Shown here: piece after piece, positions 1-9,100 of the stretch
Position numbering within the stretch: the first letter of the stretch is position 1
How the letters are laid out: each line of letters begins with the position of its first letter
Assembly (NCBI GenBank): GCA_963681965.1
Contig: OY820579.1
Location: 928,001-992,000 of the forward strand
Source: a bacterium
GTDB taxonomy: Bacteria; Electryoneota; JAOADG01
Length of the DNA stretch: 64,000 nucleotides
Reading direction: 5' to 3'
Notes under the pieces: generated by a model
What the model saw: the letters and a program-made list of their open reading frames with translations, nothing else
Told to the model about the DNA's origin: nothing
Database searches by the model: none
Program-made: the position numbers and the translations under genes

Positions 1-760
1 ACTTCTTCTTCGTATCCCAGTGTTCGCGTAACAGTTCGCCGAATGCATCCAGATTCCCGGATTCAAACGCTCGTCGCGTTTCGTACCCAATTTCCTTAAT
101 TCGGTGGAGTCGATTCAACGTGTTGGTGTCGTCTTGTTTCGATTTTTCACTCTGAACACGCAGAATATCCGATGCGCTACGCTCGATCCCGGTATAAAAC
201 AACATAATGTTGCTTTCAAGTTCGAGAATTTTTTCGTGAGTAATTTTTAACGGTTCGACCGTGACCGTTCCATCGTGATCGAATGTCAGACAGGTCAGAC
301 CGCCGTAAGTTGCCATGTATTGGTCTTGTTTACCGGTCGGTTCGTGGCAAATCTCCATTTCGAGATGGCATGCTTTTTCGGCTAGTTCGTGTAAACCCAA
401 ATAGTTACGATTGTAGGCGTGAAGCCCATTGAGCAACGCTACCGTGAATGTTGCAGAAGAACCCAATCCGCAATTTGATGGTACGTCTGCCATTGAGACG
501 ATCTCAATCTGCGTCTTGATCCCCATCATTGTAAGCGATTCGCGGAACAGTTTGTGTTCGATTTGCTCGACCGAATCGACAATTTCGGTTTTCGAATAAC
601 TAAGCCGTATACGTTCGTGAAAACATCGATTAATTGCGATATAAATGTGCTTGTCGATACCGGCTGCTATAAGAAAACCGCCAAACTTGGAGTAATAAGA
701 AGGGAGATCGGTACCACCGCCGCCAAGTGAAATGCGGACCGGTGCTCGAGAGACAATCAT
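1..760 (-). CDS. GHMP-family sugar kinase (HddA / D-glycero-D-manno-heptose-7-phosphate kinase-like), 3' end runs off the window
   Basis: Not in the ORF track because it is truncated. Manual translation from ATG at 760 gives MIVSRAPVRISLGGGGTDLPSYY...ADVPSNCGLGSS, i.e. the GHMP N-terminal motif and the PxxxGLGSS ATP-binding loop. Confidence 0.85.
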   Translation of the reverse strand, partial: MIVSRAPVRISLGGGGTDLPSYYSKFGGFLIAAGIDKHIYIAINRCFHERIRLSYSKTEIVDSVEQIEHKLFRESLTMMGIKTQIEIVSMADVPSNCGLGSSATFTVALLNGLHAYNRNYLGLHELAEKACHLEMEICHEPTGKQDQYMATYGGLTCLTFDHDGTVTVEPLKITHEKILELESNIMLFYTGIERSASDILRVQSEKSKQDDTNTLNRLHRIKEIGYETRRAFESGNLDAFGELLREHWDTKKK

Positions 761-890
761 CGGGTGCCTTTACTAGCTAAGTTAGATATTGAAAATAGAT
801 CGTTACTCAGCGAAAACGCAATATAACGAAAACCCAATTATAGTGCAAATAGATGTTTGTTTAGGCTGAATTTGAATATATTTTAGCAAT

Positions 891-2426
891 ATGACAGAAC
901 ACCTAACTTCACATGATCTAGACCGGTTAAGTCGGCTTGGAATTGCACCGGAATCGGCAAACAATCAGCTAAGGCTGCTGCATGAAGGTGTGCCACCGCT
1001 TGTTCCGGTGCGCACTTGCACGATTTCCGATGGAATTCGGCAAGCATCGGCACAACAAGTTACCGACTGGTTGGAGATTTGTCGGACTGCAGTTTGCGAG
1101 GGAAAGGTAACCCTGTTTATTCCCGCGTCCGGGAATGCTTCGCGGATGTTTAGCATGCTTGAAAATGTTCGTCGGCGAATCATTACACTCACTCGCGACA
1201 ATCTTACAAGTGCCGTTCAAGCAGGTGATAAAACCGCATCAGACGTACAAAACTTCTTATTTAATATTTCAAAATTACCGTTTTACAATCGATTATCCGA
1301 TTGTTGCACGAAAAATGGTACTGAACTCACAAGTTTGCTGAATTTCGGTGAGTATAATCGAATTCTGGATTTACTCCTCGATGAGAATGGGTTAGGCTAC
1401 TCAAGCCTTCCCAAAGCCTTGATCGACTTTCAAGCGTATCCACAAGAAACACGCTCATTTGCCGTCGAAAACGCGGCTGCTGCATCGGAATGGGGAGTGG
1501 ATCGGAACTGTGCTACCCGGATACATTTTTCTGTACCAGAGGGTTATCAGAGTCGATTTGAGCTGCAAATTCACGAATACGAGAAACAACACCCCGAGCG
1601 ATCTTTTAGTTGCGGTTATTCCACACAATCCCCCGCAACCGACACATTATCGCTCGATCAATACGGCAATTTGCTACGTGATGCCAACAATGAATTGGTA
1701 TTGCGCCCCGGTGGTCACGGCGCATTGCTTCAAAACCTCAGACTGATTGAATCCGAAGTGATCTATATTAAAACGATCGAGAATATCGTTCCAGATCATA
1801 AGGGTGTAGATCGCAATCGTCATCGAAAAATCGTTACCGGATGTCTGATCGAACTGAAATCGCAAATCGATCGATGGCTAGCTCGAATGTCGTCTGGTGT
1901 TGGCATTACCTCTGAAGAAGCAAAAGGAATTTCGGATTGGATTGTCGATTGGTTTGGAGTCACCTGTCCAATCGAAGTGCAAAGCGATCTACGAAATTGG
2001 ACGCAGTGGTTGATCGATCGATTGGATCGCCCGATGTCGGTAGCGGGTATGGTGCCGAATACCGGTGAACCGGGTGGGGGTCCGTATTGGGTAAAGATGC
2101 CCGATCAAACAATTCTTCCACAAATTGTCGAACAGAATCAGCTTGGTGATGACAATGATGAGTTGATTAAATGCTCAACGCATTTCAATGCTACCGAGAT
2201 CGCTTGTTCGATTCGAAATCGACACGGCGAACTCTACGATTTGTCCCATTTTCTCGAACCAAGTATGGCGATGATTGTCGAAAAACAGTTCCGTGAGAAA
2301 ACGATTCGATGTTTGGAATTGCCGGGACTGTGGAATGGTTCGATGGCGTATTGGAATCGCGTATTTCTTGAAATCGATATCCCCGAATTTCTCCCGATCA
2401 AGACAGTAATGGATTGGCTGAGATAA
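891..2426 (+). CDS. DUF4301 family protein (nucleotidyltransferase-like fold)
   Basis: Motifs FIPASGxASRMF, RPGGHGALL, GEPGGGPYW, QIVE, THFN and LELPGLWNGSMAYW are characteristic of DUF4301. Confidence 0.85.
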   Translation: MTEHLTSHDLDRLSRLGIAPESANNQLRLLHEGVPPLVPVRTCTISDGIRQASAQQVTDWLEICRTAVCEGKVTLFIPASGNASRMFSMLENVRRRIITLTRDNLTSAVQAGDKTASDVQNFLFNISKLPFYNRLSDCCTKNGTELTSLLNFGEYNRILDLLLDENGLGYSSLPKALIDFQAYPQETRSFAVENAAAASEWGVDRNCATRIHFSVPEGYQSRFELQIHEYEKQHPERSFSCGYSTQSPATDTLSLDQYGNLLRDANNELVLRPGGHGALLQNLRLIESEVIYIKTIENIVPDHKGVDRNRHRKIVTGCLIELKSQIDRWLARMSSGVGITSEEAKGISDWIVDWFGVTCPIEVQSDLRNWTQWLIDRLDRPMSVAGMVPNTGEPGGGPYWVKMPDQTILPQIVEQNQLGDDNDELIKCSTHFNATEIACSIRNRHGELYDLSHFLEPSMAMIVEKQFREKTIRCLELPGLWNGSMAYWNRVFLEIDIPEFLPIKTVMDWLR

Positions 2427-2481
2427 TTATTCCGAAGAGTATTGATGCTCATTGAACCGATCCGATCCAACACATAAAGGT

Positions 2482-2511
2482 AACCTCACTGAGAATCAGT
2501 GAGGTTTTTTT
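2482..2511 (+). terminator. Rho-independent terminator after DUF4301
   Basis: AACCTCACTGA-gaa-TCAGTGAGGTT stem followed by a T run. Confidence 0.8.
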
Positions 2512-2620
2512 GTGCAAAATTACACGAATTTACTCGATGTTTATCGATATTTTTTCAATACCCCAGTAATAACACTCGATTTATTAAATAATTCTACCCA
2601 TCACTTAATTTTTAAGTGTT

Positions 2621-2674
2621 TATTGGTACAGTACTTGTTGAAATATGATAAATGTTGTATTATTTGTATCAATA
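2621..2674 (+). promoter_or_regulatory. Candidate promoter/operator of the Rrf2-cydAB operon
   Basis: AT-rich region with TTGTTG-N17-TATTAT (2635-2663), flanked by the imperfect inverted repeat TATTGGTACA (2621-2630) / TGTATCAATA (2665-2674). Confidence 0.35.
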
Positions 2675-2705
2675 CTAACGAACTTATGTTTAACCGAGGT
2701 GAATT

Positions 2706-3152
2706 ATGCGTCTTACGCTGGCTGGTGAATATGCCATTCGCGCAATGTTGTTTTTGGCAGATCAACCGACTGATCGTCGGGTTCAAATCTCTGAAATTGC
2801 CGAGACGGGTTCGATCCCGGAAAACTTCTTGCGGAACATTGTATTGAAGTTGGCAAAGAATCAATTAATTCAAACCCATCGCGGAGCGGGAGGTGGTGTC
2901 AAATTGCTTCGCCCGGCGTCTGAAGTGACACTACTCGATGTGATCGAAGCGGTTGAAGGCAAGTTATCGCTTAATCATTGTCTTGTACAGGCGCAAGAAT
3001 TTTGCGGTCGAACGGAGTGGTGCTCGGTTCATTTAATTTGGTCGGTAGCGCAATCGAAAATGATCGAGGAACTCACTGCGACTTCGCTTGCTGAATTGGT
3101 CATCGCAAACAAACAACGGTTTGCGGAAACAGTATGTTATCGGAGTAAATAA
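2706..3152 (+). CDS. Rrf2-family transcriptional regulator (IscR/NsrR-like, three Cys)
   Basis: EYAIRAM...EIAE..IPENFL...RGAGGG.L.RP..ITLLDVIEAVEG pattern; C-terminal CLVQAQEFCGRTEWCSVH; RBS GAGGTG. Confidence 0.92.
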   Translation: MRLTLAGEYAIRAMLFLADQPTDRRVQISEIAETGSIPENFLRNIVLKLAKNQLIQTHRGAGGGVKLLRPASEVTLLDVIEAVEGKLSLNHCLVQAQEFCGRTEWCSVHLIWSVAQSKMIEELTATSLAELVIANKQRFAETVCYRSK

Positions 3153-3154
3153 TC

Positions 3155-4483
3155 ATGTTTGAAACGGAGATGCTATCCCGCATTCAATTTGCCATGACTG
3201 CAGGATTTCATTTTTTATTTCCTCCACTTTCGATCGGACTGGCTTGGTTGCTGGTAATTATCGAGTGGAAAGGATGGAAAAAGAACGACGACGAGTACGT
3301 TCGATTAGGCAAATTCTTTGGTAAGATCTTCGGATTAACATTTGCCGTGGGTGTCGCTACCGGTATCGTGATGGAATTTCAGTTCGGCACGAACTGGGAT
3401 CGCTATTCGAAATTTGTCGGTGACATTTTTGGCGCACCGCTAGCTGCCGAAGCACTATTTTCATTCTTCCTCGAATCGAGTTTCCTTGGTTTGTATATGT
3501 TCGGTCGCGGACGGGTGTCGAAACGAACACATTGGATTTCATCGCTAATGGTTGCGATTGGCGCGACATTATCTGCGCTTTGGATTATCATTGCCAATTC
3601 ATGGCAACAGACGCCGGCGGGATTTATCGTGCGAAACAATCGAGCAGAATTGAACGACTTCTTCGCGGCAGCATTCAATCCTTCTACCTTCCAACGATAT
3701 TTCCATACTGTAGATGCGGCGCTGATCGCAGGCGCGTTTCTGATGGCGGGAGTCTCGGCGTATTTATTGTTAAAAAATTCACGCGATCCACTTGCGCGAA
3801 AGTCGCTCCGACTGGCTGTTTACTTCGGATTGATTGTTGCATTGTTGGAAGTGTTCCCGTTCGGTCATGAATCCGGTCGTCAAGTTGCTGCCACGCAGCC
3901 GGAAAAGTTCGCGGCAATCATGGGCGTCTATACTTCCCAAACACATGCGCCGATCGCGCTGTTTGCCGTTCCTTTCGATCATCCACCGGAGTTGAAAGCG
4001 AAAATCGAGATTCCAGGTCTACTAAGCTGGTTGGCATTTGGAGACATTAATGCAAAAGTAAAAGGGATCAACGAATTTCCACCGGACGAGCTACCACCAC
4101 TGTTTACGACTTTCGTCTCTTATCACAACATGGTAGTGTTGGGTATGTACTTCATCGGGATCATGGCGCTCTCGGCATGGCTGATCCGCAGCAACAAGAT
4201 CTGGGATAAACGATGGTTGCTGAAGCTTCTAGTGATTTCGATTCCACTACCGCTGGTGGCTTGTCAATTCGGCTGGGTTGCTGCTGAAGTTGGGCGACAG
4301 CCGTGGATCGTTTATAAGTTGATGAAGACCAAAGATGCATTTTCGGCAACGCTTTCTGCTGGTGAAGTGTTGTTTTCGATTGTACTCTTTGGATTGATCT
4401 ACTTGTTTCTGCTCGCGATGTACATCTTCCTGTTGAAAAAGAAGATCGATGTGGGTCCGGAAACTGCTGGAAAGGGGGTATGA
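3155..4483 (+). CDS. cydA: Cytochrome bd ubiquinol oxidase subunit I (short Q-loop)
   Basis: LSRIQFAMTAGFHFLF, GIVMEFQFGTNW, QPEKFAA, GWVAAEVGRQPW motifs. Confidence 0.96.
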   Translation: MFETEMLSRIQFAMTAGFHFLFPPLSIGLAWLLVIIEWKGWKKNDDEYVRLGKFFGKIFGLTFAVGVATGIVMEFQFGTNWDRYSKFVGDIFGAPLAAEALFSFFLESSFLGLYMFGRGRVSKRTHWISSLMVAIGATLSALWIIIANSWQQTPAGFIVRNNRAELNDFFAAAFNPSTFQRYFHTVDAALIAGAFLMAGVSAYLLLKNSRDPLARKSLRLAVYFGLIVALLEVFPFGHESGRQVAATQPEKFAAIMGVYTSQTHAPIALFAVPFDHPPELKAKIEIPGLLSWLAFGDINAKVKGINEFPPDELPPLFTTFVSYHNMVVLGMYFIGIMALSAWLIRSNKIWDKRWLLKLLVISIPLPLVACQFGWVAAEVGRQPWIVYKLMKTKDAFSATLSAGEVLFSIVLFGLIYLFLLAMYIFLLKKKIDVGPETAGKGV

Positions 4484-4484
4484 G

Positions 4485-5504
4485 ATGCTCGATCTAAATA
4501 CGATTTGGTTTTTGTTGATTGGCGTATTGATCGTCGGGTATGCCATCCTTGACGGATTCGATCTGGGTGTCGGCGTTTTACATCTATTCACCAAGGGTGA
4601 AAAAGAAAAACGTACCAATCTGAATGCAATCGGTCCGGTGTGGGATGGTAATGAGGTTTGGCTGTTGACCGCTGGTGGTGCCTTATTTGCAGCCTTCCCT
4701 GCGGTTTATGCGACTGTATTTACCGGTTTCTATCTAGCGTTAATGCTGTTGCTGGTTGCACTGATCTTTCGTGCAGTGGCGATGGAATTTCGCAGTAAAG
4801 TCGAAGCACCCTCATGGCGAAATTTTTGGGATAAAGCATTCGGCATCGGTTCGCTCCTTCCGGCAATTCTGTTTGGTGTTGCGGTGGGCAATATTCTTCG
4901 CGGTGTACCAGTCGATGCAAATGGAACCTATACTGGAACCTTTCTCCAATTGCTGAACCCATACTCGATCCTGATCGGTCTGGTCAGTCTGGCGTTTTTT
5001 GTGGCTCATGGTGCGATTTATTTGACTCTAAAAGCCGGAGACGAATATCGCGATCAAATTGCAGCGAAGATTCCAAAGCTTTGGGCGGTATTTGAAATTT
5101 TATATCTGGTGGCAACATTCGCAACAGTTTATGTTTCACCGTTTCTGTTCGAAGGTATGAGCACCAGTATTTTATTCTGGGTGTTTATCGGCTTGCTGCT
5201 GGCAGCAATCGGAAATATCAATGTTGCAGTAAAAGCAAAGAAATATTTCTTGGCACTGATTTCGTCGTCAGCCACGATCGCTGCGATGATCGGATTGGCG
5301 GCAGTCGGTATGTTCCCGCGATTGGTACCGTCGAGTATCGATTTGCGGTACAGTTTGACAGCGACGAATTCGGCTTCCAGTGAATACACACTGACGATTA
5401 TGCTGATCATTGCCGCAATCGGCGTTCCGATAGTGTTGGCGTATACCTTCTTTATCTACCGTGTATTCAAAGGGAAAGTTGTTATCGGCGACGAGAGTTA
5501 TTGA
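4485..5504 (+). CDS. cydB: Cytochrome bd ubiquinol oxidase subunit II
   Basis: YAILDGFDLGVG, IGPVWDGNEVWL, LFAAFP motifs. Start placed at ATG 4485, directly after the cydA stop, with RBS AAGGGGG (ORF track starts at 4449). Confidence 0.96.
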   Translation: MLDLNTIWFLLIGVLIVGYAILDGFDLGVGVLHLFTKGEKEKRTNLNAIGPVWDGNEVWLLTAGGALFAAFPAVYATVFTGFYLALMLLLVALIFRAVAMEFRSKVEAPSWRNFWDKAFGIGSLLPAILFGVAVGNILRGVPVDANGTYTGTFLQLLNPYSILIGLVSLAFFVAHGAIYLTLKAGDEYRDQIAAKIPKLWAVFEILYLVATFATVYVSPFLFEGMSTSILFWVFIGLLLAAIGNINVAVKAKKYFLALISSSATIAAMIGLAAVGMFPRLVPSSIDLRYSLTATNSASSEYTLTIMLIIAAIGVPIVLAYTFFIYRVFKGKVVIGDESY

Positions 5505-5547
5505 TTATCGGGTTATCGTATCTCATGAAAAGAAGTTGTTATCGGTA

Positions 5548-5598
5548 GTAGGGGCGGACCCCCGCGTCCGCCCGCAGGTCAGGCGAAGCCTGACACCG
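5548..5598. repeat. REP-like palindromes (a GTAG-headed hairpin plus a second hairpin)
   Basis: GTAG-GGGCGGAC-ccccgc-GTCCGCCC followed by GTCAGGC-gaa-GCCTGAC, between convergent genes. Confidence 0.5.
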
Positions 5599-5639
5599 AA
5601 TCATGACAACTAATTTTTAAGAACCACAATAATCCAAAC

Positions 5640-5670
5640 AAAACGAGCGCTCATCTAGAGCGCTCGTTTT
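5640..5670. terminator. Bidirectional intrinsic terminator
   Basis: AAAACGAGCGCTC-atcta-GAGCGCTCGTTTT between convergent cydB and the reeler-domain gene. Confidence 0.8.
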
Positions 5671-5692
5671 ATATTTTATGAATGTAATTCAG

Positions 5693-7492
5693 TTATCGAA
5701 GCAGCGTGATCGATCGCGTAATTGTTTCCCTTCCGACTTTACACTGCAGCAGGTATGTTCCCGAAGCAAGAGTATTGCGATGAATCGACAACCGGTGCGA
5801 ACCACTTTCCAGCATACCCCAGGAATATTGTGCTACTGATTGACCGGACGTGTTGTAAAGCGTTCCAGTGACCGGTGCCGCCTGTGGAAGTGTGAGGATG
5901 AGTGCCGTTTCGGCATTGAACGGATTGGGATATGGTTCCGATATCTTGATTGAAGTCGGTAGCGAAACCTCGTTTTTCACTCCGGTATTGGGTGCGATTG
6001 TAAAACGTTGTGTTGATTCGATCGTCGTATCGGGAAAACTGGAATGACCTGTGACCCACCATGAAATCGATTGTCCGATTTGGAAAAATGGGAGAGTCGC
6101 AACATTAAAATCGAGGTTGTTCTCCGAGCTACGAGGGATCGATGTCGAGTCGTGATCTATTTTCAGCCAAAGTCGATACTCGACAGAGTCGGCATAATTC
6201 GGGTCGATCAGGGTTGTCCATGAGAAGTGCATTGCTTCCCACGATGCGATCGAGCTGTTCGAAGGAGTCAACAACTCAATTTGACCGGTTGGCGGTAGCG
6301 GATTACTGATGTAGAAAATTCCATTCGACGATACAAGTGTGGAATTCCCGTGATTGTCGGTAGCACGAACACTCCAAACATAAGGGGTCTCTTCAATCTG
6401 GAGTGTCGTAGTATAGGTCGTGTCGCGATCGATCATCACCGAGTCGCGGAAATCGGGGTAGTTCAACATCCATTTTGTTACCGTATAGGTGACGGTATCT
6501 TCGGGATTGGGATCGATCGCCCGTCGCCAACGGAATACAATTCGATGATCGGTAATGCGACCATTGGGTTCCACAAGATCGAATGGTTCCGGTGGACGCG
6601 AAACATCCATCAAAATCGAAAAGGCTTCATTCGACCATCGGGCATTCCCGTGATTGTCATACGCGCGAACTTTCCAGAAATTGCGTACCCCATTTTGGAA
6701 AATACTGATTTGAGCGGAACCACCATCGATTGCATCGGTACTATCGCGAGTACGGAAAAGCGAATCGGTTGAAGTGAAAACCTTGTAGCTGACGATGTCA
6801 CCAGCGTTCGGATCGCCATTCGTTTCCCACGAAAGCGCAACCGGTTGTGAACCGATAAATGTATCGGGTGGCGGAGTACGGAGTGAGAAGAAATTAGGTG
6901 GCATTTGCCCGGCAAATTCTCGAATGGTGTCGACTCGAGTGTAGGCATATTCTCCCGTCTGGTCGCCGTTGTTGTTGCAGGCAAGACCACAGATGTATAA
7001 CAACATCGGTCCTGACAATACCGGTGGTGCTTGCCAGGTAAATTGCCAAGTCACGGGACCGGTAGCAGTGCCCCGGAAGTTTCCCGCGGTAGTTTGATTG
7101 ACGAAATCGCGAGCAGCAGTGGTATCGGTACTAACCGAAACATTGGTGTTGCTGCTGGAGACAGTGCCGCCACGTGTGGCTGGTGTTTGAGTATTAAGGA
7201 TGGTTGCTTGCATACCCCAGCGGTACATCCGGATCTGACGAAGCGTAACGATAATATTGTAAGTTTGACCGGGGATGTAACCATTGATTGGATAACCGGC
7301 AACCGACATCGTACCGATCGTGCTGTTGACCGGATTACCGGAATGACACGCTGAACAATTGCGCGGAGTTGTCGGTGTATTGCAGTAATTTTGGTTGCCC
7401 ATTCCTTCGGAATGTGCGAGGCAGAGTGAGGATAGCGAGAGCAGTATTTCTGCTATTACGATCATGCGTTTCATAACTTGCTCCATCAACAT
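5693..7492 (-). CDS. Secreted T9SS-CTD protein with an N-terminal reeler/choice-of-anchor V-like domain (CxxCH) and three Ig/FN3-like repeats
   Basis: Signal peptide (MKRMIV...CLA); NCSACHSG, YIPGQTYNIIVT, WQFTWQAP, NNNG.QTG; three 'W...DPN..D.V.Y' repeats; C-terminal PYPNPFNAET...SGTYLL...ITLLR. True start is probably the MKR Met at about 7471. Confidence 0.75.
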   Translation of the reverse strand: MLMEQVMKRMIVIAEILLSLSSLCLAHSEGMGNQNYCNTPTTPRNCSACHSGNPVNSTIGTMSVAGYPINGYIPGQTYNIIVTLRQIRMYRWGMQATILNTQTPATRGGTVSSSNTNVSVSTDTTAARDFVNQTTAGNFRGTATGPVTWQFTWQAPPVLSGPMLLYICGLACNNNGDQTGEYAYTRVDTIREFAGQMPPNFFSLRTPPPDTFIGSQPVALSWETNGDPNAGDIVSYKVFTSTDSLFRTRDSTDAIDGGSAQISIFQNGVRNFWKVRAYDNHGNARWSNEAFSILMDVSRPPEPFDLVEPNGRITDHRIVFRWRRAIDPNPEDTVTYTVTKWMLNYPDFRDSVMIDRDTTYTTTLQIEETPYVWSVRATDNHGNSTLVSSNGIFYISNPLPPTGQIELLTPSNSSIASWEAMHFSWTTLIDPNYADSVEYRLWLKIDHDSTSIPRSSENNLDFNVATLPFFQIGQSISWWVTGHSSFPDTTIESTQRFTIAPNTGVKNEVSLPTSIKISEPYPNPFNAETALILTLPQAAPVTGTLYNTSGQSVAQYSWGMLESGSHRLSIHRNTLASGTYLLQCKVGRETITRSITLLR

Positions 7493-7605
7493 TGCATACG
7501 GTTTAAAGAACGATGTGCCGGAAGGAACTATTTACTCCCGGCTGTAGTGGTAGTTGAAAGAATTTTTTAATCGGATTCAGCAATCAACAATACTATTACC
7601 CGGGG

Positions 7606-8886
7606 TCAGATGATTGTACCATCGGGAATCGTCGCCCCTTTTTCGATTACGACAATCCCGTCTCGCACATACCACCCTTCGCCATCGTCCGTTTCGCCGA
7701 TACTGCGGCGGCGAATCTTGACATTCTTACCGACGCGGGCATTCTTATCGATGATTGCTTCCTCGATCATGCAATTTTGTCCGATGCCCATATCGGGTCG
7801 ATTCGCTTCGCGATTCTGTTCGCGATCGGCATCCGACTCGTATTCGTCGGCGCCCATCATCACAACGCGTTGCAGTCGGGTACCGCTGTCGATTCGTGAT
7901 CGAATCCCGATCAGACAATCGCGGAGTTGTACACCATCGAGAATACACCCTTCGGTAATCACTGAACGCTGTGCCGTCACTTGATTGATCTTCGAGTAGG
8001 GAAGAAAGCGTGGACGGGTGAACAAGCGATTTTTGGGATCGAATAAATCGAATTTCGGAATTGGTTGAGCTAAATCCAGATTGGCTTCGAAAAAGCTCCG
8101 GATTGTTCCGATGTCTTCCCAATAATCGTTGAAGACGTGCGTTTTGACATTGAATTGTCGAATCGAACCGGGAATGACTTCACGTCCAAAATCCAGTTTC
8201 GATCCATCAGCCAGCGATTTTTCCAGTACATCGCTGTTGAACACATAAATACCCATCGACGCGAGATAGGGTCGGTGTTTCCAATCGATGCGCGAATCCG
8301 TTGGAATCGGTTTCGGGACACGGAGCGATGGATACAGCGCAAGATCTTTCGGTTTCTCGAAGAAATCCAGTACTTTCCCATGTTCATCGATTTTGAAGAT
8401 GCCGAGTTCCGGCACCTTTTCCTCTTCCACGGGAATTGCCGCAATTGTCACTTGCGCACCACTTTCGCGATGATTCTCGATCATCTCGCGATAGTCCATC
8501 CGATAAATATGGTCGCCACTCAAAATCAGGGTTTCGCGGCTGCGATACGGACGTAAATGCTTTAACGATTTTCGAACCGCGTCGGCAGTTCCTTGAAACC
8601 AAGCGTTGCTGTCGGGAGTCTGTTCGGCGGCTATAATATCGACAAATCCGTCGCGAAACGAGTCCAGCGAGAAACCGTGATGAATATGGCGATTGAGCGA
8701 CGCGCTATTGAATTGTGTGAGGATGAAGATCCGGTGGAGACCGCTGTTCAGACAGTTTGAAATAGGAATATCAATCAACCGGTATTTTCCACCGATTGGT
8801 ACTGCCGGCTTCGAACGGTGCTTGGTTAATGGGTATAACCGCGTACCGGCGCCGCCGCCAAGGATAACTGTCAGAACATCGTGCAT
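7606..8886 (-). CDS. glgC: Glucose-1-phosphate adenylyltransferase
   Basis: [68 protein letters not shown]. Confidence 0.97.
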   Translation of the reverse strand: MHDVLTVILGGGAGTRLYPLTKHRSKPAVPIGGKYRLIDIPISNCLNSGLHRIFILTQFNSASLNRHIHHGFSLDSFRDGFVDIIAAEQTPDSNAWFQGTADAVRKSLKHLRPYRSRETLILSGDHIYRMDYREMIENHRESGAQVTIAAIPVEEEKVPELGIFKIDEHGKVLDFFEKPKDLALYPSLRVPKPIPTDSRIDWKHRPYLASMGIYVFNSDVLEKSLADGSKLDFGREVIPGSIRQFNVKTHVFNDYWEDIGTIRSFFEANLDLAQPIPKFDLFDPKNRLFTRPRFLPYSKINQVTAQRSVITEGCILDGVQLRDCLIGIRSRIDSGTRLQRVVMMGADEYESDADREQNREANRPDMGIGQNCMIEEAIIDKNARVGKNVKIRRRSIGETDDGEGWYVRDGIVVIEKGATIPDGTII

Positions 8887-9048
8887 AGCCGTTTCCTTTC
8901 TACTGGATTGTTAACTGCGAAGTCGCACGTGGAATCCGGTAAACAGCAAGGCGAATTGGTAACGATTGGTTCCACTACCGAAATACGGCAATACAAAGAA
9001 TATAACCATTTCCTCCGATTATTTCCTCTGGTAGATGTTACACGAATC

Positions 9049-9080
9049 AAAAAGGGCGGACGAAACCGTCCGCCCTAAAA
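9049..9080 (-). terminator. Intrinsic terminator after the 847-aa T9SS cargo gene
   Basis: AGGGCGGACG-aaac-CGTCCGCCCT stem with an A run on its left (U tract on the minus strand). Confidence 0.75.
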
Positions 9081-9100
9081 AATGTTGTTTTAGGGTAAAA

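Noticed and set aside
2512-2864. Short ORFs overlapping the Rrf2 promoter
   Set aside because: AT-rich regulatory DNA overlapping a real gene; no recognisable protein features.
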